Origin: Parvibaculum sp. | GTDB lineage: Bacteria; Pseudomonadota; Alphaproteobacteria; Parvibaculales; Parvibaculaceae | NCBI GenBank assembly: GCA_014359855.1 | Contig: JACIYQ010000244.1 | Coordinates: forward strand, 1 to 60,591 | Direction: 5' to 3' | Length of the DNA stretch: 60,591 nucleotides | The notes under the pieces: model-generated | Database searches by the model: none | Seen by the model: the letters and a program-made list of their open reading frames with translations, nothing else | Told to the model about the DNA's origin: nothing | Position numbers and translations under genes: made by a program | Part shown: piece after piece, positions 31,982 to 41,132 of the stretch | How the letters are laid out: every line of letters starts with the position of its first letter | Numbering within the stretch: position 1 is the first letter of the stretch

Positions 31982-33766
31982 ATGAGAGTTGGTGCGGTGC
32001 CTATGAGTAGCCAGACGCAGAACGCTTCACATTTCGCGGCGGGAGATGCAGTACCCGCGCCCGCCATGATCGGTTCCGCCAACCGGGCCGAGATGGCCCT
32101 GCACGGCGTCTACGAAATCTCGAAAATTCTGGCGGTTCCCGCGCGACTGGAATTCACGCTCTCGAACGTGCTCACATTGCTGTCGTGCTTCCTCTCGATG
32201 CATCACGGCATCATTGCTCTTCTGGGCGACAATGGCGCGCCGGATGTTGTCGTGGGGCTCGGCTGGAACGAGGTCAACGCCAAGAACCATCTCGCCCGGC
32301 TTCCGGAGCGCGCGCTCGGCCAGATCGTGGCGACGAAGATGCCGGTCGTGGTCGAAAACGTCGCGACCAATCCGCTCTTTGCCGATTGGAGCGTCGCGGA
32401 GTGGGGAGAGACGGATTCGGTCGTTTCCTTCATCGGCGTGCCCATCAAGGAACGCGATCAGGTGATCGGTACCCTGACCATAGACCGGGTACGGGACGGC
32501 AGAGCGGATTTCCGTTTCGACGAGGATGTCAGATTCCTCGTGATGATCGCCAATCTCGTCGGTCAGACGGTTCGCCTTCACAAGATTGTCGGGCGCGACC
32601 GGGAACGCCTGATGACGGAGCAGCGGCGCCTCGAAAAGGAACTCTCCGAGACCACGAAGGCGGAGCGCGACACCGATATGCGCGGTATCATAGGCGGCAG
32701 CCCCGCCATCCGGGCCGTGCTGGAGAAGATCAAGATCGTGGCGCGCAGCAACTCGCCCGTGCTTCTGCGTGGAGAATCAGGAACAGGCAAGGAACTTTTC
32801 GCCCGCGCGACCCACGAAATGTCGCCCCGCAAGAAAGGGCCCTTCGTCAAGCTCAACTGCGCGGCCTTGCCCGAAACGATGCTCGAGACCGAACTTTTCG
32901 GACATGAGAAGGGCGCATTCACCGGCGCGGTCTCGCAGCGCAAGGGGCGTTTCGAGCTTGCCGATGGAGGCACGCTTTTTCTGGATGAGATCGGCGAGAT
33001 TTCGCCCGCCTTTCAGGCCAAGCTTCTGCGTGTTCTTCAGGAGGGCGAGTTCGAGCGCGTCGGTGGCATGCGCACGCTGAAAGTCGATGTGCGTCTCGTC
33101 ACGGCGACCAACAAGAATCTCGAAGACGCGGTGACGCGGGGCGAGTTCCGCGCCGACCTCTATTACCGGATCAACGTCGTTTCGATTTCGTTGCCCCCGC
33201 TTCGCGACCGTCCGGGCGACGTGTTCCTTCTGGCGCGGGAGTTCCTCCATCGCTTCAACGAGGAACACGGCACGCAAATGTTGCTCACGGATTCGGCCAA
33301 GACCGTTCTCGAAGGATGTTTCTTCCCCGGCAATGTCCGGGAACTTGAAAATTGCGTGAGGCGGACCGCCACACTGGCCAAGGACCAGAGGATCATCGCG
33401 GACGATTTTGCGTGCCGCCAAGACGACTGCCTGTCGTCGACACTCTGGAAAGGTGCAATCGCGACGCAGGTTCCGCTGAAGATCGTCTCCCGAGCCGTGG
33501 CCGGCACGCCGCCGCGGGCGCCGGCAGCCGAAGACGGCGCGTCGGCCCAGGCGGGCGATGTAGGTCCGGATCCCGCAAATAGCTGCCCAAAATCCGAGAC
33601 CTGCAGTGCTCTGCATGGTGGCGAGCAATCGGAGAGGGAACGTTTGCTTGAGGCAATGGAAATGGCGGGATGGGTTCAGGCAAAAGCCGCCCGCCTGCTT
33701 CAGTTGACCCCACGCCAGATCGGCTATGCCCTTCGCAAACACAATATTTCGATCAAAAAATTCTAA
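31982..33766 (+). CDS. nifA: nif-specific sigma-54 activator NifA, O2-sensitive type
   Basis: GAF domain, GESGTGKE, GAFTGA, linker CRQDDC, HTH KAARLLQLTPRQIGYAL; start uncertain (31982 or 32003). Confidence 0.95.
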   Translation: MRVGAVPMSSQTQNASHFAAGDAVPAPAMIGSANRAEMALHGVYEISKILAVPARLEFTLSNVLTLLSCFLSMHHGIIALLGDNGAPDVVVGLGWNEVNAKNHLARLPERALGQIVATKMPVVVENVATNPLFADWSVAEWGETDSVVSFIGVPIKERDQVIGTLTIDRVRDGRADFRFDEDVRFLVMIANLVGQTVRLHKIVGRDRERLMTEQRRLEKELSETTKAERDTDMRGIIGGSPAIRAVLEKIKIVARSNSPVLLRGESGTGKELFARATHEMSPRKKGPFVKLNCAALPETMLETELFGHEKGAFTGAVSQRKGRFELADGGTLFLDEIGEISPAFQAKLLRVLQEGEFERVGGMRTLKVDVRLVTATNKNLEDAVTRGEFRADLYYRINVVSISLPPLRDRPGDVFLLAREFLHRFNEEHGTQMLLTDSAKTVLEGCFFPGNVRELENCVRRTATLAKDQRIIADDFACRQDDCLSSTLWKGAIATQVPLKIVSRAVAGTPPRAPAAEDGASAQAGDVGPDPANSCPKSETCSALHGGEQSERERLLEAMEMAGWVQAKAARLLQLTPRQIGYALRKHNISIKKF

Positions 33767-33892
33767 CCTGCAACCGGGCGAAGCGTGCAGCGGTTCGCTT
33801 GCAAGGTAAGCGATAAATCAAAACCGGAGGCGAATGCCTCCGGTCGGAATTTGATCGATCGTCCCCACACTCTGGCGCAAGCGACAGGGTCT

Positions 33893-33908
33893 TGTCGGGA
33901 ATCCGACA
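33893..33908. promoter_or_regulatory. NifA UAS
   Basis: TGTCGGGAATCCGACA. Confidence 0.75.
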
Positions 33909-33980
33909 TCCATTGTCGCTGACAGCCGGCTTGCTCTCCGAAAGCACGAGCATCTCTGCGGAATTCATCTCGATGCGAGG

Positions 33981-33996
33981 TGGCACAGCGCTTGCT
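33981..33996 (+). promoter_or_regulatory. sigma-54 promoter of fdx-LRV-nifT-SIR2 operon
   Basis: TGGCACAGCGCTTGCT. Confidence 0.88.
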
Positions 33997-34025
33997 CCTC
34001 TCCTTCTCACACAGAGGAGTTCGGC

Positions 34026-34220
34026 ATGGCATACAAAATCATCGCGTCGCAATGCACCGGCTGCAGCATCTGCGAGTTCGAATGCCCCAATGCCGCCATT
34101 TCGATGAAGGGCGATATTTTCGTCATCGATCCCAAGAAATGCACCGAATGTGAAGCGCATTTCGACACGCCGAAATGCGCCGAAGTTTGCCCGGTGCCGA
34201 ATACCTGCGTCCCGGCCTGA
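34026..34220 (+). CDS. fdxN: FdxN-type 2[4Fe-4S] ferredoxin
   Basis: [12 protein letters not shown]...[18 protein letters not shown]. Confidence 0.9.
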   Translation: MAYKIIASQCTGCSICEFECPNAAISMKGDIFVIDPKKCTECEAHFDTPKCAEVCPVPNTCVPA

Positions 34221-34258
34221 TGGTGGAAGAATATCCTTCCCCAGTGGAGAGCGACTGC

Positions 34259-35080
34259 ATGGATCAGCGGCATGAGTCCATCGATTGGCAGGCCGCATTG
34301 ACGCAGGCCGGCGATTGTCCGCGGCACGTCATACTCGATGACGGTCCTTCAAACGGTCAAGATGAGGCCTTTCTCGCATTTCTGCGCAACGAGATCGGGA
34401 CGTTTCTGGGCGATCATCTCGCACTTGCGGATCAATGTGTCGATCATCCTTGTGCGGAGATACGCGCCATCGCCGCGGATTACGTCAATATTTTCAAGCT
34501 CTCCGCATTGCTGGAGGATCCGGACCCCATAGTTCGCATGGTCGCCTCGCGGCGGTTACCCGATGCCTGGATGTGCCGCTCACGCGGTAATGTCCCGCTT
34601 GATACCGCGTCGTCCGCGGACAGGGTTCAGATTCGCCGTCTCCTGGCGATGTTGATGAATGAAGATATTGAAATCCGCCGGGCGGTCGTCAGTTGCCTGC
34701 CGCAGGAAATATTGCCGCTCGCGGCTCACGATGGTGATGCCGTCATCCGCCACGAAGTTGTGCGCCGCATCGCGCCCGACTATCTCGCCAACATGATCGA
34801 TGATTTCGATCCGTCCGTCCGTTTGGAGGTCGTGGGCCGTCTGCCTGCTACTCAACTGCCGTTGATGGCGCGGGATGGCGATTCCCGCGTCCGCTTTGCC
34901 GTCGCGGAGCGGATTTCAGAGTCGGAACTGGCGCCTTTTCTGGACGACCCGGAGAGCGCCATTCGCGAGCTTGCGGGCAGCAGGCTGGCGGCAAGCTCCC
35001 TCCGGCACGTGCGGCGCCTCATGGGTGAGATCGCGCAACCCGCAACCTTGCCATCGTCGCTTCCATTGGAGTTGGTTTGA
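34259..35080 (+). CDS. divergent LRV (leucine-rich-variant repeat) protein
   Basis: Repeats of L-x-x-D-P-D-x-x-VR-x-x-V/A-A-x-R; start 34220 or 34259. Confidence 0.75.
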   Translation: MDQRHESIDWQAALTQAGDCPRHVILDDGPSNGQDEAFLAFLRNEIGTFLGDHLALADQCVDHPCAEIRAIAADYVNIFKLSALLEDPDPIVRMVASRRLPDAWMCRSRGNVPLDTASSADRVQIRRLLAMLMNEDIEIRRAVVSCLPQEILPLAAHDGDAVIRHEVVRRIAPDYLANMIDDFDPSVRLEVVGRLPATQLPLMARDGDSRVRFAVAERISESELAPFLDDPESAIRELAGSRLAASSLRHVRRLMGEIAQPATLPSSLPLELV

Positions 35081-35295
35081 TGAAGGTGATGATCCGCCGT
35101 TCTCCCGAGACCGGCCTTTCCATCTATGTTCCGAAGAAGGATCTCGAAGAGCCGATTGTCGAGCAGGAGCATGAAACGCTCTGGGGCGGCTGGATCAGGA
35201 TCGCGAATGGCTGGGTGCTCGACTTGCCGGAGATGGATTGCGATACGCGTCTGCCGATCACGGTGAATGCGCGCAAGCGCGGCGGAGAGGAGTAG
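35080..35295 (+). CDS. nifT: NifT/FixU
   Basis: MKVMIRR...YVPKKDLEEPIV...WGG...NGW. Confidence 0.9.
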   Translation: MKVMIRRSPETGLSIYVPKKDLEEPIVEQEHETLWGGWIRIANGWVLDLPEMDCDTRLPITVNARKRGGEE

Positions 35296-35301
35296 CGTGA
35301 C

Positions 35302-36168
35302 ATGAATGTATCCCTTCCGACGAAAGCAATTCCGGAACCGGCGAATGCCGAAGCGCTGCTCGCCGAAATTGCCCGTCAATTGCCGGCCGGCAAGATCGTT
35401 CCCTATCTCGGTTCGGGGCTCCTCGATCTGTCGGCACCTTCCATCCCGACGACGCCGGAGGCGCTTGCGGCCTTCTTCGGAACCAAGGTCGCTCTGCCGC
35501 GCCGCGCCAAAGGCAACGCCTGGGCTTCCGCGCAGCATATCGAGAGCTACAAGCATCGCTCGACGGTGTCCGCGCTGATGGCCGAAGCCTTTTCCTCCCC
35601 TGTGGAGCCGACGGCCTTCCACCGCTATCTGGCCTCGCTCCGTCTGCCGATGATCGTCGATAGCTGGTATGACGGGGCGATGCGCGCGGCGCTCGCTTCA
35701 GGGCGCGACTGGGGCGAGGTGCAAGGCATTACGCGGGCCGGAGTCCGGGAGGATCGCTGGTACCGTTTCTACGATTCCGACGGCCAGGAGACGGATCGCG
35801 CCGCGGCCGAGCGCTGGCCGACCCTTCTTTACAAGCCGCATGGCGGCATCCTTCCGGCGAAGAACTTTCTTATCTCGGATGCTGACTATGTCGAGGTTCT
35901 GACGGAAATCGACATTCAGACGCCGATACCCGACTTGGTGAAGGAGAAGCGCAGCGGCCGAAGCTTCCTCTTTGTGGGCTGCCGGTTCCACGACCAGCTT
36001 CTCAGAACCTATGCGCGCCAGATCACCAAGCGCTCATCCACCATCCACTACATGATTGCCGATGTCGAGACGCTGACAAGGAACGAACTGCGCTTTGTGG
36101 CCGAGCAGGGCATCGTGCCGATCGCGGTTCCGCTCGCGCGCGCGGTCGAGATTCTTTCCGCCGCCTGA
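35302..36168 (+). CDS. SIR2-like family protein
   Basis: IVPYLGSG, LYKPHG, FLISDADY, FLFVGCRF. Confidence 0.8.
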   Translation: MNVSLPTKAIPEPANAEALLAEIARQLPAGKIVPYLGSGLLDLSAPSIPTTPEALAAFFGTKVALPRRAKGNAWASAQHIESYKHRSTVSALMAEAFSSPVEPTAFHRYLASLRLPMIVDSWYDGAMRAALASGRDWGEVQGITRAGVREDRWYRFYDSDGQETDRAAAERWPTLLYKPHGGILPAKNFLISDADYVEVLTEIDIQTPIPDLVKEKRSGRSFLFVGCRFHDQLLRTYARQITKRSSTIHYMIADVETLTRNELRFVAEQGIVPIAVPLARAVEILSAA

Positions 36169-36252
36169 GTACTCAAACTCATTTTGTTTCGGTCCGCCGC
36201 TCGCGTTTCGGCGAGAGGCGCTGTTGCGTTTGGACGCCCTCGCGTCGGGACA

Positions 36253-36298
36253 TGTCGCCTTTCCAACAGGATGCGTCGTTGGTGTTGATGTGTCGACA
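36253..36298. promoter_or_regulatory. two NifA UAS upstream of nifB
   Basis: TGTCGCCTTTCCAACA (36253-36268), TGTTGATGTGTCGACA (36283-36298). Confidence 0.78.
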
Positions 36299-36364
36299 AG
36301 GCGAGAGCCAGCGTGCCTCTCCGCAAGTCATTGATCTCACGGGAATTTGTGCCGCCATTCGGAA

Positions 36365-36380
36365 TGGCACGCGAGTTGCT
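36365..36380 (+). promoter_or_regulatory. sigma-54 promoter of nifB
   Basis: TGGCACGCGAGTTGCT. Confidence 0.9.
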
Positions 36381-36427
36381 CAAGGACATTCGGGATTTGG
36401 GCGATTGGCCATGAGCGAGGAGCGGAC

Positions 36428-37984
36428 ATGCACAGGTCGGCGCAGCAGGAAGGCACCAAGGCTGAGACCGTCATCGATATCGAAGAGGTCATGCAGCAGG
36501 TCGCCGAACACAAGGGATGCGGCACACAGGGCGGCAGCGGCAAGGCGAGCTGCGGCTCGGCCGCCGGTCAGGGCGACCTGCCGACGGAGATTTGGGAGAA
36601 GGTGAAGAACCATCCCTGCTACAGCGAGGAGGCGCATCATCACTACGCGCGGATGCATGTCGCCGTCGCGCCCGCATGCAACATACAGTGCAACTACTGC
36701 AACCGCAAATACGACTGTGCGAACGAGTCGCGCCCCGGCGTCGTCAGCGAGAAGCTGACGCCGGAACAGGCGGCGAAGAAGGTGCTTGCCGTCGCCTCGA
36801 CCATTCCGCAGATGACCGTGCTCGGCATCGCGGGGCCCGGCGATCCGCTCGCCAATCCAGCGAAAACCTTCAAGACCTTCGAGCTTATTTCGCAGACCGC
36901 GCCGGACATCAAGCTCTGCCTGTCGACCAACGGTTTGGCGCTGCCCGACCATGTCGACGAGATCGCCCGCTACAACGTCGATCACGTGACCATCACGATC
37001 AACATGGTCGATCCCGAGATCGGCGCGAAGATCTATCCGTGGATCTTCTGGAATCACAAGCGCTACACCGGCGTCGAGGCGGCGAAGATCCTCACCGATC
37101 GCCAGCTTCAGGGCCTCGAAATGCTCACCGAGCGCGGCATCCTCTGCAAGATCAACTCGGTCATGATCCCCGGCATCAACGATCGGCATCTCGTCGAGGT
37201 GAACAGGGCCGTCAAATCGCGCGGCGCCTTCCTCCACAACATCATGCCGCTGATCTCCGCGCCCGAGCACGGCACCGTCTTCGGCCTCACCGGACAGCGT
37301 GGACCTTCGGCACAGGAACTCAAGGCTTTGCAGGATAGCTGCGAGGGCGAGATGAACATGATGCGGCATTGCCGGCAGTGCCGGGCCGATGCCGTCGGTC
37401 TTCTGGGCGAGGACCGCAGCGCCGAGTTCACGACCGACAAGATCATGGAGATGGAGGTGAACTACGACCTCGACACGCGCAAGGCCTATCAGGCCAAGGT
37501 GGAGGAGGAGCGCATCGCCAAAGTGGCCGCGAAGCAGGAAGAACTCTCGGCTCTCGCCGGCGAACGGAGCGATATCAGGCTTCTGGTCGCCGTGGCGACG
37601 AAGGGCTCGGGTCTCATCAACGAACATTTCGGCCACGCAAAGGAATTCCAGATCTACGAGCTTTCGACCGGCGGCGCGAAATTCGTCGGTCACCGCCGCG
37701 TCGATCTCTACTGCCAGGGCGGCTATGGCGAGGAAGACAGTCTCGAAACGATCATCCGCGCGATCAACGATTGCCATGCCGTCTTCGTGGCGAAGATCGG
37801 CGGCTGCCCGAAGAACGATCTCATCGCGGCCGGCATCGAGCCCGTCGACCAGTTCGCTCACGAATTCATCGAGAAATCGGCGATCGCCTGGTTCAAGACC
37901 TATCTCGACAAGGTGAATGGCGGCGAGATCGAGCATCTCGCGCGGGGCGATGCGGAAATTCGTCAGGGCGCGCTCATCGCCTGA
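36428..37984 (+). CDS. nifB: radical SAM FeMo-co biosynthesis protein NifB with NifX-like C-terminus
   Basis: [38 protein letters not shown]. Confidence 0.98.
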   Translation: MHRSAQQEGTKAETVIDIEEVMQQVAEHKGCGTQGGSGKASCGSAAGQGDLPTEIWEKVKNHPCYSEEAHHHYARMHVAVAPACNIQCNYCNRKYDCANESRPGVVSEKLTPEQAAKKVLAVASTIPQMTVLGIAGPGDPLANPAKTFKTFELISQTAPDIKLCLSTNGLALPDHVDEIARYNVDHVTITINMVDPEIGAKIYPWIFWNHKRYTGVEAAKILTDRQLQGLEMLTERGILCKINSVMIPGINDRHLVEVNRAVKSRGAFLHNIMPLISAPEHGTVFGLTGQRGPSAQELKALQDSCEGEMNMMRHCRQCRADAVGLLGEDRSAEFTTDKIMEMEVNYDLDTRKAYQAKVEEERIAKVAAKQEELSALAGERSDIRLLVAVATKGSGLINEHFGHAKEFQIYELSTGGAKFVGHRRVDLYCQGGYGEEDSLETIIRAINDCHAVFVAKIGGCPKNDLIAAGIEPVDQFAHEFIEKSAIAWFKTYLDKVNGGEIEHLARGDAEIRQGALIA

Positions 37985-38019
37985 GCCTCCCGGCCGCCGG
38001 ATAACAACAGGAGCAATTG

Positions 38020-38244
38020 ATGGCGCTCAAGATCATATCGTCGCAATGCACGAGCTGTTCGGCCTGCGAGGCGGAATGCCCCAACGTTGCGATTTCGGAG
38101 AAAGGCGGCACCTTCGTCATCGACCCGAAGAAGTGCACGGAGTGTCTCGGGCATTTCGACAGCCCGCAATGCGCCGCCGTCTGCCCCGTCGACGACACCT
38201 GTGTCATCGACAACGCCTTCCCGCGTTATCAACTGCCGGCATAG
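38020..38244 (+). CDS. fdxN: FdxN-type ferredoxin
   Basis: [12 protein letters not shown]...[18 protein letters not shown]. Confidence 0.9.
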   Translation: MALKIISSQCTSCSACEAECPNVAISEKGGTFVIDPKKCTECLGHFDSPQCAAVCPVDDTCVIDNAFPRYQLPA

Positions 38245-38252
38245 GGAAACGC

Positions 38253-38588
38253 ATGGACTTCACGCTTACACCCGCAGCAGTGAGATTCATCCGTCTCATG
38301 CTCATGGCCGACGGCGTGCCGGGAAGCGGCTTCCGGCTCGCGGTGACCCCCGGCGGATGTTCCGGTCTCTCCGCGGACATGGAGGTGCGGGCCGCGCCCG
38401 AGCAAGGCGACGCGGTTGTCGAGCGCGACGGCGTCAAGCTCTTCCTCCCCGCGGAAAGCCGCATGCTGCTCGACGGCGTCACGATCGATTTTGCCGATAC
38501 ACCCACCCAGACGGGTCTCGTCTTCCACGATCCCAGGGGATCGTCATGCAGCACGAACGAGTCCAGGCCGGTGGCGCTGTCACAATAG
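38253..38588 (+). CDS. HesB/IscA-like protein
   Basis: FRLAVTPGGCSGL...LDGVTIDF. Confidence 0.85.
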   Translation: MDFTLTPAAVRFIRLMLMADGVPGSGFRLAVTPGGCSGLSADMEVRAAPEQGDAVVERDGVKLFLPAESRMLLDGVTIDFADTPTQTGLVFHDPRGSSCSTNESRPVALSQ

Positions 38589-38597
38589 GATGAACGG

Positions 38598-39140
38598 ATG
38601 GCCGGTTCCGCCGCCCAGAGAGAGCATTCACCATTGATGCAGGATGATGCTTTCTTCGCCGATGCTCTGCTCGGAGGAGGCGTGCCGCCCGAGGCGGAAC
38701 GCCATTTGTTGCAGGCGAGCCTTACCTATCATCTGGGGGACATCGCCGAAACGCATCTGAGGGATGCGGAGCTGCTCGCACCGGGCCATCCGGCGGTTCT
38801 GATCGGCCTCTACCGTTTCTATTTCTACAAGGGCCGGCTTGCGGATGCGCTGGCCGTCGCGCGGGCCTGTCTCGCCAAGGCGGCCGAGGAAAACGAACTC
38901 CCGCCCGATTGGCGCGACGTGCGCGCGGACGATGCCATCTTCGATCGATATGAAGAAATCGGCCCGCGCTTCTTTCTCTTCACGCTCAAGGGCTATGCCT
39001 ATCTCCAGATGCGCCTCGGAAATTTCGAGGAGGGGCTGGCAGCCGTGCTGAAGCTTCTGGAGCTCGATCCGGGCGACAAGATCGGTGCACGGGTTCTGTT
39101 CGATGTCCTGGAACGCATGGGGCAGGACGATGATGAATGA
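38598..39140 (+). CDS. nif-associated helical (TPR-like) hypothetical protein
   Basis: LYRFYFYKGRL, PPDWR, RFFLFTLKGYAYL, LDPGDKIG. Confidence 0.75.
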   Translation: MAGSAAQREHSPLMQDDAFFADALLGGGVPPEAERHLLQASLTYHLGDIAETHLRDAELLAPGHPAVLIGLYRFYFYKGRLADALAVARACLAKAAEENELPPDWRDVRADDAIFDRYEEIGPRFFLFTLKGYAYLQMRLGNFEEGLAAVLKLLELDPGDKIGARVLFDVLERMGQDDDE

Positions 39141-39903
39141 CATCGACGAGGCCCTCGATTGGCTCGGCGACGAGGTGGATTGCGCCGCCTGCAGGCATCT
39201 GCCGCAAAACGCGGCGGGGCTCTGCCGGTTGAAGCATGCCTGCGTCAATGATCGCTATGCGCGGCGGATCGACCGCTTCTTCACCTGGAACCCCGCCTTC
39301 GGCAATTCCTATCTTGGGCATCCTCATTTCGAGGTGCGCGCCATTGCGGCGAAGCATGCGGACATATTCCTGTTGCCGCCGCTTCTCGACGATCCGGAGG
39401 AGACCGTTCGCTGGAACGCGGCGCGGCGCCTGCCCCGGCGCCATGTCCTGCGGCTGAGGTCGGACCCCCATCGCGAGGTTCGCATCCGCGTCGCCTCGCT
39501 GCTCGATCCCGCCGATCTTGCTCCGATGGCGGATGACCCGGATTACTATGTCCGGCTCGTGGTCGCGCGGCGCGTGCCGCCGCCATTGCTTGCGCGCATG
39601 ATCGACGATGAAGAGCCGGAAGTCCGGCGCGTGGTGGCGAACCGTGTGCCGTCGGAGTGGCTGCTCCGCATAACGACCGATCCCGATCCGCTCGTGAGGC
39701 TCGAAGCGGCCCGGCGCCTCGCGCCGCATCTCCTGTCGCGCCTGAAGCACGACCCGGACTGGCGCGTTCGCTACGAAGTGGCGAGACGGAGCCCGCTCGA
39801 CGAAATTCATGGCGCCATTGAGGACGACGATCTTCTCGTCCGGGAACTCGCACAGTCGCGTCTGTCCGGCGTGCAGGCGCATCGGGAGGGCATATCGGTA
39901 TGA
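39130..39903 (+). CDS. 4Fe-4S-binding LRV protein
   Basis: DCAACRH...CRLKHAC followed by D-P-D-x-x-VR repeats. Confidence 0.88.
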   Translation: MMNDIDEALDWLGDEVDCAACRHLPQNAAGLCRLKHACVNDRYARRIDRFFTWNPAFGNSYLGHPHFEVRAIAAKHADIFLLPPLLDDPEETVRWNAARRLPRRHVLRLRSDPHREVRIRVASLLDPADLAPMADDPDYYVRLVVARRVPPPLLARMIDDEEPEVRRVVANRVPSEWLLRITTDPDPLVRLEAARRLAPHLLSRLKHDPDWRVRYEVARRSPLDEIHGAIEDDDLLVRELAQSRLSGVQAHREGISV

Positions 39904-40217
39904 GCAATATCGTTCGCGACAGCGATGTGGTCGAGCTTTCCGAGCCGCCTTATTTCAACTTCGGCGAAAAGGTGCGGGCGAAACGCACGATCCGCAACGA
40001 CGGTACTTATGCAGGCAAGGAGATCGGCGAGATTCTGGCGAAGAAGGGCGAGGAGGGATACGTCGTCAGCATCGGCACCTTCCTTCAGCAGTTCTACATC
40101 TATGGCGTCGAGTTCCTCGAAAGCGGCAATCGCGTCGGCATGAAACGGAAGGAACTCGATCCGGTGAATGCACGCGATGAGGAGGAGGACCTTCCTCTCC
40201 CCGGGAGGGTCGCATGA
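39900..40217 (+). CDS. nifZ: NifZ
   Basis: IRNDGTYAG...GYVVSIGTFLQQFYIY...VGMKRKEL. Confidence 0.92.
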   Translation: MSNIVRDSDVVELSEPPYFNFGEKVRAKRTIRNDGTYAGKEIGEILAKKGEEGYVVSIGTFLQQFYIYGVEFLESGNRVGMKRKELDPVNARDEEEDLPLPGRVA

Positions 40218-40522
40218 TCGAGCCCCGCTTTCCGATCTATCAATGGGGCCAGCGCGTCGTCGCCCTGATCGACCTTCGCAATGACGGGACCTTTCCCGAG
40301 GCGCCGGCCGAAGCCTTGCTGGTTCCCGCAGGCGCGGCCGGCGAAATCGTCCAGGTCGGCACGCACACGGATTCCAGCACGCCGATCTATCTCGTCGAAT
40401 TCGGCGAGCGGCTCGTCGTCGGCTGTCTTGAAGAAGAGATCGTTCCCATCGGGCAGCGAGTTGGCCATGAAGGCGACCGCGACGAAGGAATTGGCGGCGA
40501 AAATGCCACGGCATCCGAATGA
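40214..40522 (+). CDS. nifZ: second NifZ-family protein
   Basis: WGQRV...LRNDGTFP...GEIVQVG...VGCLEEEI. Confidence 0.82.
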   Translation: MIEPRFPIYQWGQRVVALIDLRNDGTFPEAPAEALLVPAGAAGEIVQVGTHTDSSTPIYLVEFGERLVVGCLEEEIVPIGQRVGHEGDRDEGIGGENATASE

Positions 40523-40826
40523 TCTCGATCGCAAGCGCATCGAATACGCGCTCAAGGAGCGCAAACGATACCGCTACGTCCTGCCGCGTGTCCTCGCGAC
40601 CGATGGCGGCTATCGGATCGAAAGCCCCTGCTGCTCGCGCAACGTCGACGCCGAGGGCGGAATCGTCGATGTCGCACTGATCGAATATCGCGAGGAGGCC
40701 GATCTCTGGCATCTCTATCGAAAGAACCACATGGACGGCACCTGGGAATTTCACAGCACGCACGGACGGCTCCATGAGCTTGTGGAACGGCTGAATAGCG
40801 ATGTGGAACGGAAATTCTGGCAGTGA
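40503..40826 (+). CDS. hypothetical protein (DUF3024-like)
   Basis: HPNDLDRKRIE...RYRYV...SPCCSRNVD...FWQ. Confidence 0.7.
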   Translation: MPRHPNDLDRKRIEYALKERKRYRYVLPRVLATDGGYRIESPCCSRNVDAEGGIVDVALIEYREEADLWHLYRKNHMDGTWEFHSTHGRLHELVERLNSDVERKFWQ

Positions 40827-40868
40827 TGGCGAAGTGCGAATTCGCGGCAACGGAGTAGGGGCTTGACC

Positions 40869-41132
40869 ATGACCGTCGAGGAACTGAGGGAGATCGAACG
40901 ATTGCTCGCCGCGCTCGACATGGATGCCGGCACCTTTGCCGAGCTTCGCCGCCGATTTCCCAATCTGTCGTGGACGCGCTGCGATGCTTCGGATGTGATC
41001 GAAGCGCCGTTCCGGACCTTCGGACGTTTCGACGTTCATCTGTTGAGCAACGCGGATCATTGCGCGCGGATTACCTCCGATCCCGCGGCCGCGACCGGCG
41101 TCGTGCTCGCGCAGAGGGGGCTTCAGCCATGA
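40869..41132 (+). CDS. hypothetical protein
   Basis: LRRRFP...TRCDASDV...DHC...ATGVVLA; overlaps next start. Confidence 0.7.
   Translation: MTVEELREIERLLAALDMDAGTFAELRRRFPNLSWTRCDASDVIEAPFRTFGRFDVHLLSNADHCARITSDPAAATGVVLAQRGLQP

Noticed and set aside
35302-36168. SIR2 as a Thoeris/DSR-type defence system
   Set aside because: No partner defence genes; embedded in a NifA-type operon.
36380-37936. Long antisense ORFs (also 2106..3614, 15952..17292, 29255..30661, 48840..50342, 54817..56220)
   Set aside because: Shadow frames of GC-rich genes; no recognisable motifs.
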